A stretch of 64,000 nt of DNA, from the NCBI GenBank assembly GCA_017654855.1, contig CM030332.1:2232001-2296000 (forward strand), read 5' to 3'. Position numbers and translations under genes: made by a program. The notes beneath the pieces were generated by a model. That model did no database searches. It was not told the origin of the DNA and saw only the letters and a list, made by a program, of their open reading frames with translations. The DNA is from Podospora anserina. Lineage: Eukaryota. Positions 49,569-63,134 of the stretch are shown in pieces (position 1 is the stretch's first letter; every line of letters starts with the position of its first letter).

Positions 49569-50423
49569 TTACCACGGAATATCCATCTTCTCCAACGTAT
49601 CCTCTATCAACCTATACCGGCATGCCTTTTCATTCGTCAGAAGCTTCTGCCAGTTCCTCTTGTCCAGATCCCGAATATTCGCCGCCATAATCTCCCCGAC
49701 CGTAACATTCCCATGGTTCCCCACAGCCTCCTCAGGCACCTCCCTCTGCCCCTTCTCCCCCCCAAACGTCTTGATCAAGTCCTCATTAACGGGGTCACTA
49801 AACCCGTACTTTTGCGCCTCCTCACAATACGCCCTCGGCACCTCCACCCCCTCGGACACCCCCGTTTTCACCACACCCGTCACGGGGTTGTACAACACAA
49901 TATAAGCGTAATCCACCGGCTCCTCGATAGCGGCCTCCCCAGGTCTAGCAGGGGGCCAACCAGGCCTAGTAATAAAGCTCTCGATAGCCGCGTAGATGAT
50001 GGTCGTGATACGGCGCTTGACAACCAACTCGATTATCTGAGGACTTACTCGGTTCAGGATCATGGCATGGTCAATCCTGTTGAACGCCCCGGTCATTCCC
50101 GCTTCGTTGTAGGGCTGCTCACCCACGCCTGAGGACGCGCCCTCGAAGCCAAGGCAGTAGATTTCCGTGTTATTTGGGAGACGCTTCCGGAGCTGGGTTT
50201 CCATGAGCTGGCCTTTGTCGGCGTTCATGGTTGGGATGAGGAGCAGGACGCGTTTTTCTGGAGTGTTGTCTTGGTGGAGCTCGTAGCTGAGCGGGAGGAG
50301 TTCATTGTGCGGCTCTGGGAGCTGGGGAGGTGGGTAGATTTTGAGAGGGGGGATTTGCGCTCTCTTAGGGAGATAACTTTTGAAGTAGTTGGGGAGGTTG
50401 GGTGGTGTAGATGTAGAGGTCAT
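49569..50423 (-). CDS. YjjX/DUF84-like non-canonical purine NTP phosphatase (ITPase-like fold)
   Basis: Intronless 284-aa ORF. IPTMNADK (compare S/T.NP.K), SSGVGEQPY..GAFNRI and AAIESFI mirror the YjjX motifs SGV.EQP..GA.NR and AIE.GI. Confidence 0.7.
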   Translation of the reverse strand: MTSTSTPPNLPNYFKSYLPKRAQIPPLKIYPPPQLPEPHNELLPLSYELHQDNTPEKRVLLLIPTMNADKGQLMETQLRKRLPNNTEIYCLGFEGASSGVGEQPYNEAGMTGAFNRIDHAMILNRVSPQIIELVVKRRITTIIYAAIESFITRPGWPPARPGEAAIEEPVDYAYIVLYNPVTGVVKTGVSEGVEVPRAYCEEAQKYGFSDPVNEDLIKTFGGEKGQREVPEEAVGNHGNVTVGEIMAANIRDLDKRNWQKLLTNEKACRYRLIEDTLEKMDIPW

Positions 50424-51271
50424 TATTTTGGTCGTTGTATGTCAACCTGATGGGTATCTAGAGGCGGTTTCTTTTCTGTGTGGGAGTCGAGGGAAAAGTT
50501 AAGGGTTTCGAGATAGAAATATTCGAAAACAGCCCTAGGTAATCAGTCATACAAAGTGTTGAATAGATGCTGCTGTCACACGCAAATGGAGGTCAGGAGG
50601 TCGAACAAACTGTATAGGCTCACCATTCCTGGCAAACCTCTCATCAGTACCAGATGACAGCCAAAAAAAACTCCCAGCTGCTCATTTGAAATTTGTGTTC
50701 TTTTGCAGGGGTGGCGAAGGTGGGCGGTGCTCTAAGGTCGATCACAAGGCAGCAAGGCATAACGTACCATACAAAGTGTTTGCTCTTTCTCTGGCTTGTA
50801 ACATGTGGAACTATCGAGTGGGGGGAAATTCTTAATTAAGTAACCAACTAGGTACCATCTGACTTACAAAAGTCACTTGGGTCTTCATGTTGGAGACGTT
50901 TTGCAGCATGTGGTAGCTATCATCGGGATTTTCAATTGGATGAGTCGTCGGATTGCTGATAAGGCGAGCACCTAACGGGTGGTATTGGGAATCTTTCAAA
51001 AGTTTTCCGAGTCAAAGTCAGCAAAGAAGAGCCGTGACTTGTTGGCGTATTCATCCCTTATCAGCTGGCATGACCTTACTCAGGACCAACAGAAAGAACA
51101 GCAGCATGTGCCTCAACCATTCAGAATACTGATTCTTTCATTTTGACTGTTTATCAATCTCGAACTCATCGCACCCCGGTTTCTATGTACCCCTACCGCA
51201 TAAAGCCTCCACCGTCTACGACCAGATGTATGCAAAATGTCCAATTTCTCCTCGTTCCAACCTGCCATAAT

Positions 51272-51952
51272 TCAAGGAGTCGCAGCAACCGGCGCCTTCT
51301 TGATGTTGGCGCAAGCAACCCTCGCCGAACTCTTATCATGGAAAACAACCGCACGATTACCAATATACCCAAGCTGGATGATGTTGGTGGCAGTGTATGG
51401 ATCATGGAATCTGCACCACCACAATCAGTATGTCAATTTCCACTCGGCGAGCCTGATTGAACACTTACTCCTTCTGAATATGGCCCCCAGCAACCTTGCC
51501 ATACTTCCCAGACAGATCGCCGACCTCGCAAGTCGCAGGCAGCGAAGCCTCACAAGGCGGTTCCTGGCCACGCACGTATGAGTCGAGATGAGCGCCCGTA
51601 TCGGCGCATGTGCCGTTTTCGGGAACAGCGCGGACGTGGATGTGGTAGTCTAGATCTCATCAGTGCCTGTTATCACTTGTCGTTCAGGAGCAACAAGCAT
51701 ACTGTAAGGTCCGTTCTCCTCTGGCAAGCCGGTAATATCAATGGTGTAGTTGATGCCGATCTGGGCAGCGACAGCCTTGAAGGTGCCCTTGACGGTTTCC
51801 GAGTCGAACTCGGCGATCCAAACCTCACCAATGACGGGGTTGTTCCTCACCGGCCGAGCATCACCCAGCTTGCCAGTCGTGACGTTGTTGGAAGCCTGGG
51901 CCGCTGCCAGCGTGCCGACAGCCAGGAGGCTCAAAACAGAAGACAGCTGCAT
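51272..51952 (-). CDS. secreted Cu-only superoxide dismutase (SOD4/5/6-like), 189 aa
   Basis: Signal peptide; introns 51702-51650 and 51468-51411; GPY.YHIH, C..TGAHLD, CEVGDLSGKYG, NRAVVFH, RVACANI. TATATAA at about 52105-52110. Confidence 0.9.
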
Positions 51953-52915
51953 TGTGGATCGATTTCTTTCCCGAAGACGGTATAACAAAGCAGAACCAAG
52001 GCCCAAGGACCGGGAGAGTCTCTAATAAGATCCGGGGAACGGCAGAGAAGAGTTACCCAGAGGAGGATAGCTTCTCCATGACCAGGGAACCCCTTCCTCC
52101 CCCTTATATAACCCCCCCCCAAACCCCCCCCCCATCCACGAACCGCATCTTGCCCCCTTATCCAATGATAGCAACTGCACCTCCAATATCCTAGGATTGG
52201 GGGTCCGGACACTCAATACCTAAGCGATTGGATCAACTCCGAACTGTCGTGATGAATTGTCCGGCCGAGAAGCGCTGCGTGGTGGGATTTCTCCCGGCTG
52301 TATGGATAAGTTCTCCGAACATTTGACTGCCAAGCAGGGGTATACTTCTTCGCCGGGACGAATGGGCGCGGTGCCTATCTCGCCAGGAGCCGCAATATCA
52401 ATATAACCGCCGCGGGAAAGCACTATAAATCTGCTGTACGACTTATGAACGGGACCGTACCAGCAACCGGACTCCCGAGATGGTCTGCCTATATGACGGG
52501 ATTTGGAATCATTCGGACATAACGGTGGCATCCGAATATCCCACATCCCGTCTAGCCAAGGCTCCCAAGGGGGTTGCAATGGTGTAATCATACATGCCCC
52601 TTGTGAATGGCCAGTAGAGGCCTACTCGGTTAGAACTGCAGCTTACGATATGGCTTCTACCGGGCCTGGCTCACGGCTTCCAAGGCGGTTATGCTGTCGC
52701 GGAGATATGAGTTGGCATTTGGCGTGAGGAGATATTCTTGGCTTTAAGTTAAAGCTGCTGAAAGGAAAGTCCAACCGACATGAATCTGCATGAGTCTATG
52801 ATACCTATTGCATGTTAAGATTCTAGCTACCGCCAGAAAAGTTCTATTAGCACCTCGAGGTCATGTACCCACCAGATATTCTTACCAAAGACTCACCCCA
52901 ATACTTAGGCCGAGC

Positions 52916-53943
52916 TCAAAGCCTAAACATCTTACTCGCCTCCGAAAAGCTCATCCCCTTCGCAATCTCCACCGCCATCTTCTCATCCGCCTCCACCTGC
53001 TTCTTCATCAGCGGAATCGCCTGCTCCGCCAACTCCTTGGGCAGCACCACAGCCCCATTCACATCACCAATGAGGTAATCCCCCGGCCTGATCGTCATGT
53101 CCTGCTCATCAGTCTGCAGTTTGACTGGCACATTGACCGCCGCCACCTTGAGCAACTCAGCAGGAGGCGCTGTTCCGACATCCCTCGCAAAGATCTGTCA
53201 CACTATTAGCAATCGCCCCTCTATCACAAAACAGTGAGCCCAATATAAATACCGGAAACCCCAGCCCCCTCTGCTCCTGCAAATCCCTAAACCGTCCATC
53301 AATCACACTCCCCACGGCACCACTCGCCTTCGCCCTCGTGCTCATCAATCCACCATAAACTGCATTTGGAGTCTTGGGAGGGCAAGAAACAAAGATAACC
53401 GCCCCCGCAGGGACAGAGTCGATCTACTTGACATATTAGCAACCCTCCTCTCCTCCACAAGCCAAAGGAAAAAAACTAACATAATGACTCGGATGCTTCG
53501 GCCTAGGATCGTCCAGCGGGACATATTGGACCGTATACGCCGGCCCAACAATCTTTGTATCCCCGTCCTGTCTCTGAGGGGACCACATCGTCAGCCCGGA
53601 TAGGAACCCGCCATTGCGGTACTTGAGCTTGATCAGGGCGTCGGAGACGTCACAACTAGAGGTGTCAGAGGGACTATAATCCAGAGATGGTATGTTATGG
53701 TATGAGTACATACGTAGTGAACTCTTGCAACGCCTTCACAATTGGATCCTCTGGTGCGGTTGGAGTAGCCATCTTGGAATACAGCGACCTCTGTTGGTTG
53801 AACAGTGTTGGTGTTAACAACCTCGGCTGTAATTGGTTTGGCGGGGTTTTGACAACAAATCTCAAACTGGAAGAAGATAAGGTGCTCGGCTGACGATATA
53901 ACAATGCAGGTTTCACGGGCAAATAAGACACAACTCCACGCAT
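52916..53943 (-). CDS. RraA-like / 4-hydroxy-4-methyl-2-oxoglutarate aldolase family protein
   Basis: Introns 53713-53656, 53480-53424 and 53252-53195. Motifs TCDVSDAL, VGPAYTV, NAVYGGLMSTRA..GSVIDGRFRD, IRPGDYLIGDVNGAVVLP. Alternative ATG at 53772. Confidence 0.9.
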
Positions 53944-56396
53944 GTCAAAAACTGAGGGGATTCACATGGGTTGATGTTGATGCTGGCTTTCAAAGCTCCC
54001 GGCTTTGAGGGATGATGCAATGGCATGTGCTAACAAGCCGAGACATTGGTGGGCCCCACATGCCGATCCGGCCGCCCGGTCCCTGAAATCGGCCGCATTC
54101 GGGAAAGGTGGGGCTCGGTGCTGGGCTGTCGGCATCGGCTTCACAGTGCTTGATTTTAATGCTGGCCCTGTATCCGGCCATATGCGAAGTGAGCACAGTG
54201 TAAAGTCTGTCAATGTACAAGTGAGATCTAGGTCGACGTGAAACATTAGAATACGCTTTCACAAGCCTCTCACTAATTATCATACCACAGAGGGATTGAA
54301 GTGAACTGTCACCACGCGCCCAAGATCCACAGGCCACGCAACCCCCTGCTGGGACATTTGATGAGAGCAAGTTCTGACTCGGCAAAACTTGTCAAAGAAC
54401 ACAGTCGATCCTGCCGTCAATACCACGAAGCGGAAAGGGGTTGAAACTAGGTCCTGGACCTACGGATAGCCCCCATTGCAACGGTTTGGTGTAATCTGTA
54501 GATACCCATAAACCCAACGGCCTTGCCGACGTGGCGGGTGTGTGTATATAGTGCCATTAGCTAGCAGCCGACCGCGCCGCAACTGGTCTGACCAAGTTCC
54601 GTTCACTGCAACCTGGTGTTGGGGTCAATGTCACCATCTGATGATGGATGAAGCTCACATCGGTCCCACGACTCTGGGTTGGGATCACTGCCGGGCGGCC
54701 GTGAAGGATGGGCCACAAGGAAAATCTCATCGCCTGCCCGGGTTGACCACTTTCAACAGATGATGGTGTGTGATCTGAGACCTGCCTGCCTTCCAGACTG
54801 TCAGGGACACCAGAATATGGTGAGATGCCGATCAGTGATCAGGCTTTGTGAGACCTGGCAGAAAGGCGGCTTCTTCAACGACGAAAAGATCCAGATGGAA
54901 GTTTCGATACGTGATACATGTTGTGGGGATCCTCTGCTGTGCTGTGGCGCTGTCAACGGCAAAGTCGCCCTCAGGTTCTCTCTCACGCTGTGAGAGGATG
55001 GATGCCATTCAGCGGCCCAGCCACACGGCAGAGGTCCTTCCAACCCCCGCTTGCGACGATGATGCCGTGATCGTCCAGCTCTCGCAGATGTGGTGAGGTA
55101 GCATTGGAGGTCTTTTGCCGGTTGTCAGTTTCCACAAAACCGTTCTCATGACAACAAAAACATCTCCATTTTCTCCAAGTCTCCATCGGTGTTGTTGATT
55201 GTTGTTGATGTCTGTGGCTGGGAAACAGATTTAGCGTTGTCGGGATTTCCCTAGCAGTGATGCTAGCGCCAGACTTGGCGCATCATCGGCGGCTGGTTCT
55301 CCAACTCTGAGATCTGGATAATAAGTGAAGAAAAAAATGAGGCTTTTGATTTTGAGTTCGCAGAAACGGCAGGCATTGTTGGTGAAACTGAGGTGCCTTG
55401 AAATCGTACAGAAGCTGAAACGGAACTGGGCTGAAGCGAGATCGACATTGCCTTTGACAAACCTGCATGCACAGTCATTGTACCTTATGTAGTGACGGCC
55501 GGAGCCAGAGTTGGATGAGGGTTACCTGACCCCATCGCGAGCGGTAGCTGCGGGCGAGCAAACACGAGGTGTACCCTGCCCCCGCCTGAGGAAATCCGGG
55601 TCGGTCAATCAAATCGTACAAAGAGTCGAAGATATCGTATCTTCCCTCCTCAACTCGAGCCAACATTGGAATCTGATGTGAGACGTTCATGGCGAGTAAC
55701 GCAGAGAGATAAGCGCCGTTGGCACACTTCCGAGATGCAATTCAACGGCCCGGTTACCATCACCAACGGACAGCCCAGAACAGAGGTTCCAGTTGCTGTG
55801 TGAGACAGCAACGTGGGGAAATCTGGGCCCTCGGTCGAGGCGTGAACAGCGCGGAACAGGGGCCACGGTGCGTTAAGCGGCCAGCCCCTGTGCATTTTCA
55901 GCCCAGCCTTACCGCAATGAGCATCCAGCCTTGGCTTGCAGGTGCCTTGTCGTCGCAGATGAAAGCACCCAACCCTTTGCCGCCGGTTTGGATTGCGCTT
56001 TTCGGTTTCTGTCGACTCCTCATCGCCATTCTTCATTCTGTTGACCTGCTTTGGTTCACTGGTTCACCAAGACGGCCAGTTCATCAATAACGTCAACGTC
56101 CGCCTCACCCCCGACTTCCTCCGCTTTGGTCTGGGGTAACGCCGATTCCCCGCATCGAGAGCCAAGCCATTGTTGACGAATCCGCCTTGTGGGAGCTGAG
56201 CTGAGAGCGAACCATCCGCTAGGCACGAGCTTTTTGGATCGGAGAGACGCAACTTCGGGAACGAGTACAATGCGGAGCACCCTTTGCATCTCGTAGCAAG
56301 GCATAATCGACGACGTTTCTTTTTGGATATTCTGCTGTACCGTGTATCACTGTTGGGCTCACTCGGTTCGCTTGGAGACTGAAAAAATAGTGGAGG

Positions 56397-57900
56397 ATGC
56401 CTCCGCAGCTTCGAATACCGATCTTTGTAACGCTGCCAGTCGGTCAAGATGAATCTCGCAGATTGCTTTCTCGGAAAACCAGGGAGCAGCCTTCCAAAGA
56501 AGCACAGGTAGGCTTTTCCCTCCCAAACAGCCTTGATTCTTTAGTCTCATTCTTACCGTCTCCGCCATCTTCAGATCGTAGGCGCTGTTCTCGGTGGCAT
56601 CTTTGCCCTCATCATCATATACTTCTGCACCCGGTCCCTCTGGAGAAAATGCCTTGGACCTCGAGGCGGGAAGTACAAACAAACAGAGCGAGAGGACGAC
56701 TCTCCGACAACTCGACAGATCAATAGAGAGGCCCAGGATAACCTGGAGGACGCATTGGCTGGCGCACAAGCACAGAATGGCGCCACCAACAACAACTTGG
56801 CGGCCGTCGATCGGTCCACATCAGTTCGCAGCGTTATGACATTGCCAGTGTACCGACCCAAAGCGACAGAAAACGAGCAGGTTCTGGGCAGGGAGGGCGA
56901 GCGCGATGGTATTGATGTTGTCGTCGAGATGCCGACGGCCGAGCAAGAGGAGGAGTTGCGCGAACAGGAAATGGAAGCTCTCTATCAGATTCGGGCGGCA
57001 AGACGTCGACAACTAGCCGATCGCGAGGAGAGGCGGCGGTTACGACGGGAAGCGCGCGAGGCGAACGATGTGGTAGCTATGCGGGAGTTGAGGGAACGGG
57101 GTCGAAGCGTGGCGGCGATAAACACGGTGGAAATCGAGGAGCTGAGGAACGAGCACGAGCGGTTGAAGGAAACGAGAGCGCGAGCGGTGAGCACTGTCGC
57201 GTATGGCGACTTGGGAGTTGCAAGGGCAGATGGGACTAGGATCCGGGCGAATAGTACCGACAGCGAACGGATTGGTCTTCTCAGCGATGCCGCGAGTATC
57301 GGGGCGTCCACCCAACCAGAGAGCCTCCTGTTGAGGCGTGACAGGAGTCACAGTGCTGCGACTCTCAGTATCGACACGACGAACCGCCCAAACACACCGA
57401 GCTTGACGACAGGAGGAAGCGCCTACAGCTTAAATAGCGCAGGATTAACCAGCGCCGGGTTACCAAGTGCTGGTTTGCCAAGCGCAGGATTATCAACCCG
57501 GTCGAGAGCAAACTCTGGAGCAAACACACCACGGGTACCGAGCGCAATGGCCACCCCAAGAGCTGGGTCGAGTCCCGAGATGATCGATACCGCAGACCTG
57601 GCCGACTTTGGAATGCCACCGCCCGACTATGACGAAGTGAGCTTGGACGACATCACGCCTGGGCACTCACGTCGCAATTCTGGGGTATCAGCCTTATCGG
57701 GCAGGAACAGCCCCTTCAACGAGCCACCCCCAGACTATCCAGGCCCCGGACCAGCCAGGGCACGCAGCAACCGACTGTCGGCAGCCATTCAGGACCTCGC
57801 CACACAGGCTCAGGAAGACCAAGAGCCTACAGGTCGGCCAGGGTTGAGACTGAGCCAGGTGCCTCAGATCGTTATTGAACCGTCGAGCGCGAGACCATGA
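56397..57900 (+). CDS. single-pass membrane protein with a coiled coil and PPxY motifs
   Basis: Exon 1 56397-56507, intron 56508-56574. TM segment IVGAVLGGIFALIIIYFC; DRSTSVRSVMTLPVY; EREGERDGIDVVVE; Arg/Glu-rich coil; PPPDY twice. Confidence 0.85.
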
Positions 57901-58615
57901 GAACAATAAGCATTGGATGTAACTGAGTATTTGGGATACCCAGAGATTGGATGTACACGTACCTTTTTGGACCCTTTGGCTTTGGAATTTGGGCACGACG
58001 AACGAATATCAGATGATTTGGCATGGAGTTCTGTTGGTTCTGGCTTTTAAATAGGAGAGTTCCTTGGATTAATTCTGTCAAGGGCAAGTTGCGAGGGTGA
58101 CTGAGATGGAGGTGGACTGTATATAGGTACTTGGTTATAAAAGAAGACGTGTTGAAGCAGAGGATAGTGGCAATCGACAGGCGTTCGTGGTCTCAGTCAT
58201 TTGGCACTGTTTGCATTATTTGTTCCCGTAGAATAATGTTCGTCTACAAGCCAGATAGATACCCCGCGGTGTGTTCTACTCAACTACAGCCTACCCACCT
58301 GGATGAGGGACTGTAAGCACACAACATCTGGATATAAGAGTCCTGGATTTTACAACCGAGCAACTTGAACTGGGCTACACACACCAACATAGGGTCAACA
58401 ATGTTCACTTTGCTCCCCTCCTTGGATGTAAGAAACAGGCTGTGGCGTGAGTGGTCAATCCAGTTCCCGGCCCCACTAAAAAAATTCGCGGAGCTGGAGT
58501 CTCGCCGGGAACCACCGTACCGTATCCTGCGGGAATCTTAGCCCCACGAACGTCCCCTTCCCTCTTGTTTGTGGTTGTTGGTGTCATTCCTTTTCTCTTT
58601 CTTCGGCCAGCCAAG

Positions 58616-61223
58616 ATGAGGGTAATACGGGCTGTAAACAGCTGTCGCGCTGCTCTTGCGACAAGAAACGCAGCGCTGGTGGGCCGCCGGGCCTTGCCAT
58701 ACGCTGCTGCCATCAACAGCGCCAGACTGGGAGGTCTCAGAGAGTTCAGCAGGACGTCCAACTACAGGGCTGCCGAGGGTGCTGCTGCCGCGTATGGCTT
58801 AACCCCTTAACCTAACATGACATCTTCAAGCAATGGCTGACACTGGAGAACGGGAACTACAGTCTCAAGCAGGCCAAGGAGCTGGCCCAGGCCAACATGA
58901 CCCCCGAAGCTGCCGCCGCGAAGGTCTCCCCCGCCGAGGCTGCCAGGTTGGCACATGTCCGGAACATCGGTATCGCAGTATGTTATGGCCTTGGTTCAAG
59001 ATGACAAGTTGGTCGAAGAACCAACTGGACTTTATTGGGGAACAGGAAATGCTGAGACAAGCATGGCAAACCACTAGGCACACATCGATTCCGGCAAGAC
59101 CACTGTATCCGAGCGCATTCTCTTCTACACCGGCAGAACGAAGCACATTCACGAAGTTCGCGGGCGTGATGGCGTCGGTGCCAAGATGGACTCCATGGAA
59201 CTGGAGAGGGAGAGAGGTATCACCATTCAGTCTGCCGCCACCTTTGCCGACTGGAAGTACAAGACCAAAGACGGCAAGGAGGATACCTACCACCTGAACT
59301 TGATCGACACGCCCGGACATATTGATTTCACCATCGAGGTCGAGAGAGCCATGAGAGTGTTGGACGGCGCCGTCATGGTGCTGTGCGCTGTCAGTGGTGT
59401 CCAATCCCAGACCATCACGGTCGATCGCCAGATGAAGCGTTACAACGTCCCCCGTATCTCCTTCGTCAACAAGATGGATCGTATGGGTGCCAACCCCTTC
59501 AGGGCTGTCGAGATGATCAACTCCAAGCTCAAGATCCCGGCTGCCGCTATTCAGATTCCGATCGGTGCTGAGAAGGAGTTTGAGGGTGTCGTTGATCTCA
59601 TTGAGATGAGGGCAATCAGAAACGATGGCCAACGTGGTGTCAACGTCAAGGTCTCGAACCAGATCCCCGAGGAGTTGAAGGAGTTGGCCGAGCAAAAGAG
59701 ACAAGAGCTGATTGAGAAATTGGCCGATGTCGACGATGAGATCGCCGAAATGTTCTTGGACGAGATCACCCCCACCCCTGAGCAGATCAAGGCTGCTATC
59801 CGCAGAGCGACTATTGGCCTCAAGTTCACCCCTGTGTTGATGGGCTCTGCCCTCGCCGACAAGTCCATCCAGCCCATGCTTGACGCTGTCTGCGACTACC
59901 TCCCCAACCCCAACGACGTTCCCAACATGGCTCTCGACCGGTCCAAGGGCGAAGCTCCTGTCAGCTTGCTTCCCTACAACTCTCTTCCCTTTGTCGGCCT
60001 CGCCTTCAAGCTGGAAGAGAACCCTTACGGTCAGCTCACCTACATGCGTGTCTACCAGGGCTCCCTGAAGAAGGGCCAGTACCTCTTCAACACCCGCAAT
60101 GACAAAAAGGTCCGCATTCCCCGCATCGTCCGCATGCACTCCAATGAAATGGAGGACGTGGCCGAGATTGGTGCCGGTGAAATTTGTGCCGTCTTCGGCG
60201 TTGAGTGCGCCTCCGGTGACACCTTCACCGACGGTCGCCTTCCTTACGGCATGAGCTCCATGTACGTCCCCGACGCCGTCATGTCTCTCAGCATCAAGCC
60301 CAAGCGCAGCAGCGACGCCGACGCCTTCTCCAAGGCCATGAACCGCTTCATGCGTGAGGATCCCACCTTCCGCCTCCACGTCGATGAGGAGTCAGAAGAG
60401 ACCATCATCAGCGGTATGGGCGAACTTCATCTAGACATTTACGTCGAGCGTCTCCGCCGTGAGTACAAGGTCGACTGCGAGACTGGCAAACCCCGCGTCG
60501 CCTACCGCGAGACCATTAGCCGCAAGGCCGAGTTCGACTTCTTGCTCAAGCGCCAGTCCGGCGGTCCCGGTGATTACGCCCGTGTTGTTGGCTGGGTCGA
60601 GCCCAACGCTGAAGACGCCGAGAAGAACTACTTCGAGACCCGCGTCGTCGGTGGTACCATTCCCGAAAAGTACCTCGCCGCTTGCGGGAAGGGTTTCGAA
60701 GAAGCCTGCCTCAAGGGTCCCCTTTTGGGCCACAGGGTCATTGGTGCCAGCATGATCATCACTGACGGTGCTACTCACGTTACTGATTCCAGTGACTACG
60801 CCTTCAACCTCGCCACTCAGATGGCGTTCCGCAAGGCCTTCCCAGATGCGGGCGGTGCAGTGCTCGAGCCGTTGATGAAGACGACAATCACCGCGCCGGT
60901 GGAGTTCCAGGGTAACATCCTCATGTTGATGAACAAGAGGGGTACCATTGTTGATACCGAGGTGGGCGCGGATGAGTTCACGCTTGTGGCGGACTGCAGT
61001 TTGAACGCCATGTTTGGGTTCAGCACTCACTTGAGAGCGGCTACGCAGGGTAAGGGAGAGTTTAGCATGGAGTTCAGCCATTATGCGCCTGCGCCGCCGC
61101 ATTTGCAGTAAGTTTTTCTCTGGTTGATGATGCTGAGGAAAGATGACTGACATTTCTTCGAATTATAGGAAGGAGTTGGTTGCTGCCTATGAGAAGGAGC
61201 TCGACGCCAAGAGAACCAAGTAA
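58616..61223 (+). CDS. MEF1: mitochondrial translation elongation factor G1
   Basis: Arg-rich presequence; introns 58792-58862, 58978-59077 and 61108-61168; [46 protein letters not shown]. Confidence 0.97.
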
Positions 61224-61984
61224 ATCAGCAATCGCAAGATTTGTTGATAGGATTTGGGGATTTTCCCGCCCCGCGCCCCCCTGGCCAGGGCTTGGTGAGA
61301 ATGATACCCGCCCTGCTCAAAATTTAGAGCTATGGATGGCTTCGCCATACACCAGTCATCACCACGTCACAAGGGAATCATCACCCCTACGAGCCATGAA
61401 TAACTTGGTGTAGGGCAATCTCAGGGGTAGATACACCACGAAGAGGTACCATAGACAGATGGATAGGCATAAAATGGGACAGGAAAACAAGGTGGGACGA
61501 TGATATCGGTACACAATAAAGGGGTCATGTGCTTTTTTTGATGTTGTTGGATGTATGTATATATGGATGGGTAGACAAAGATTGTATGATAGGTGCTGTC
61601 TGATCCACACGGGGCGCAAGGCGCAGAGGTTGCGTCATATGGGGTTTGATGGTTAATGAACGACATCCTCTCTCTCTGTCTCTGATATCAGATGGCTCTC
61701 TTTGAGACCCAGCATACCCCTGGGCCTATGGGTTATGACATCCGGGGAATTCCCGGGTTATCCTTGTGACAATATGGCAACAACACCCGAGTTTTCATAA
61801 TAGCTTCATTACCGCCCTCAACACAGCTCCTGCTTTTATTTTATCTATTCCAGAGACTATCCCATCTCCCCTGATTTTTGATAACGTTTCCTGTGTAACA
61901 TGTCTACATGAAAAATGGGGTATATATATGAAACATGTCCACTCATTATTCCTCTCGACGTCTCCCTCCCAAACCCATCATCAC

Positions 61985-63134
<1,150 letters not shown>

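Noticed and set aside
52111-52135. C-run cluster (G4-like on the minus strand) beside the SOD TATA box
   Set aside because: Only two long runs; function cannot be supported from sequence alone.
53960-56390. Many 60-130 aa ORFs in this interval and in 19000-22100
   Set aside because: No codon bias, motifs or consistent splice structure; most likely divergent promoters and long UTRs.
58865-60379. 504-aa antisense ORF (also 60431-61153, 61766-62464 and 7241-8020)
   Set aside because: Antisense shadows of the strongly biased MEF1, LYS12 and GPD coding sequences.
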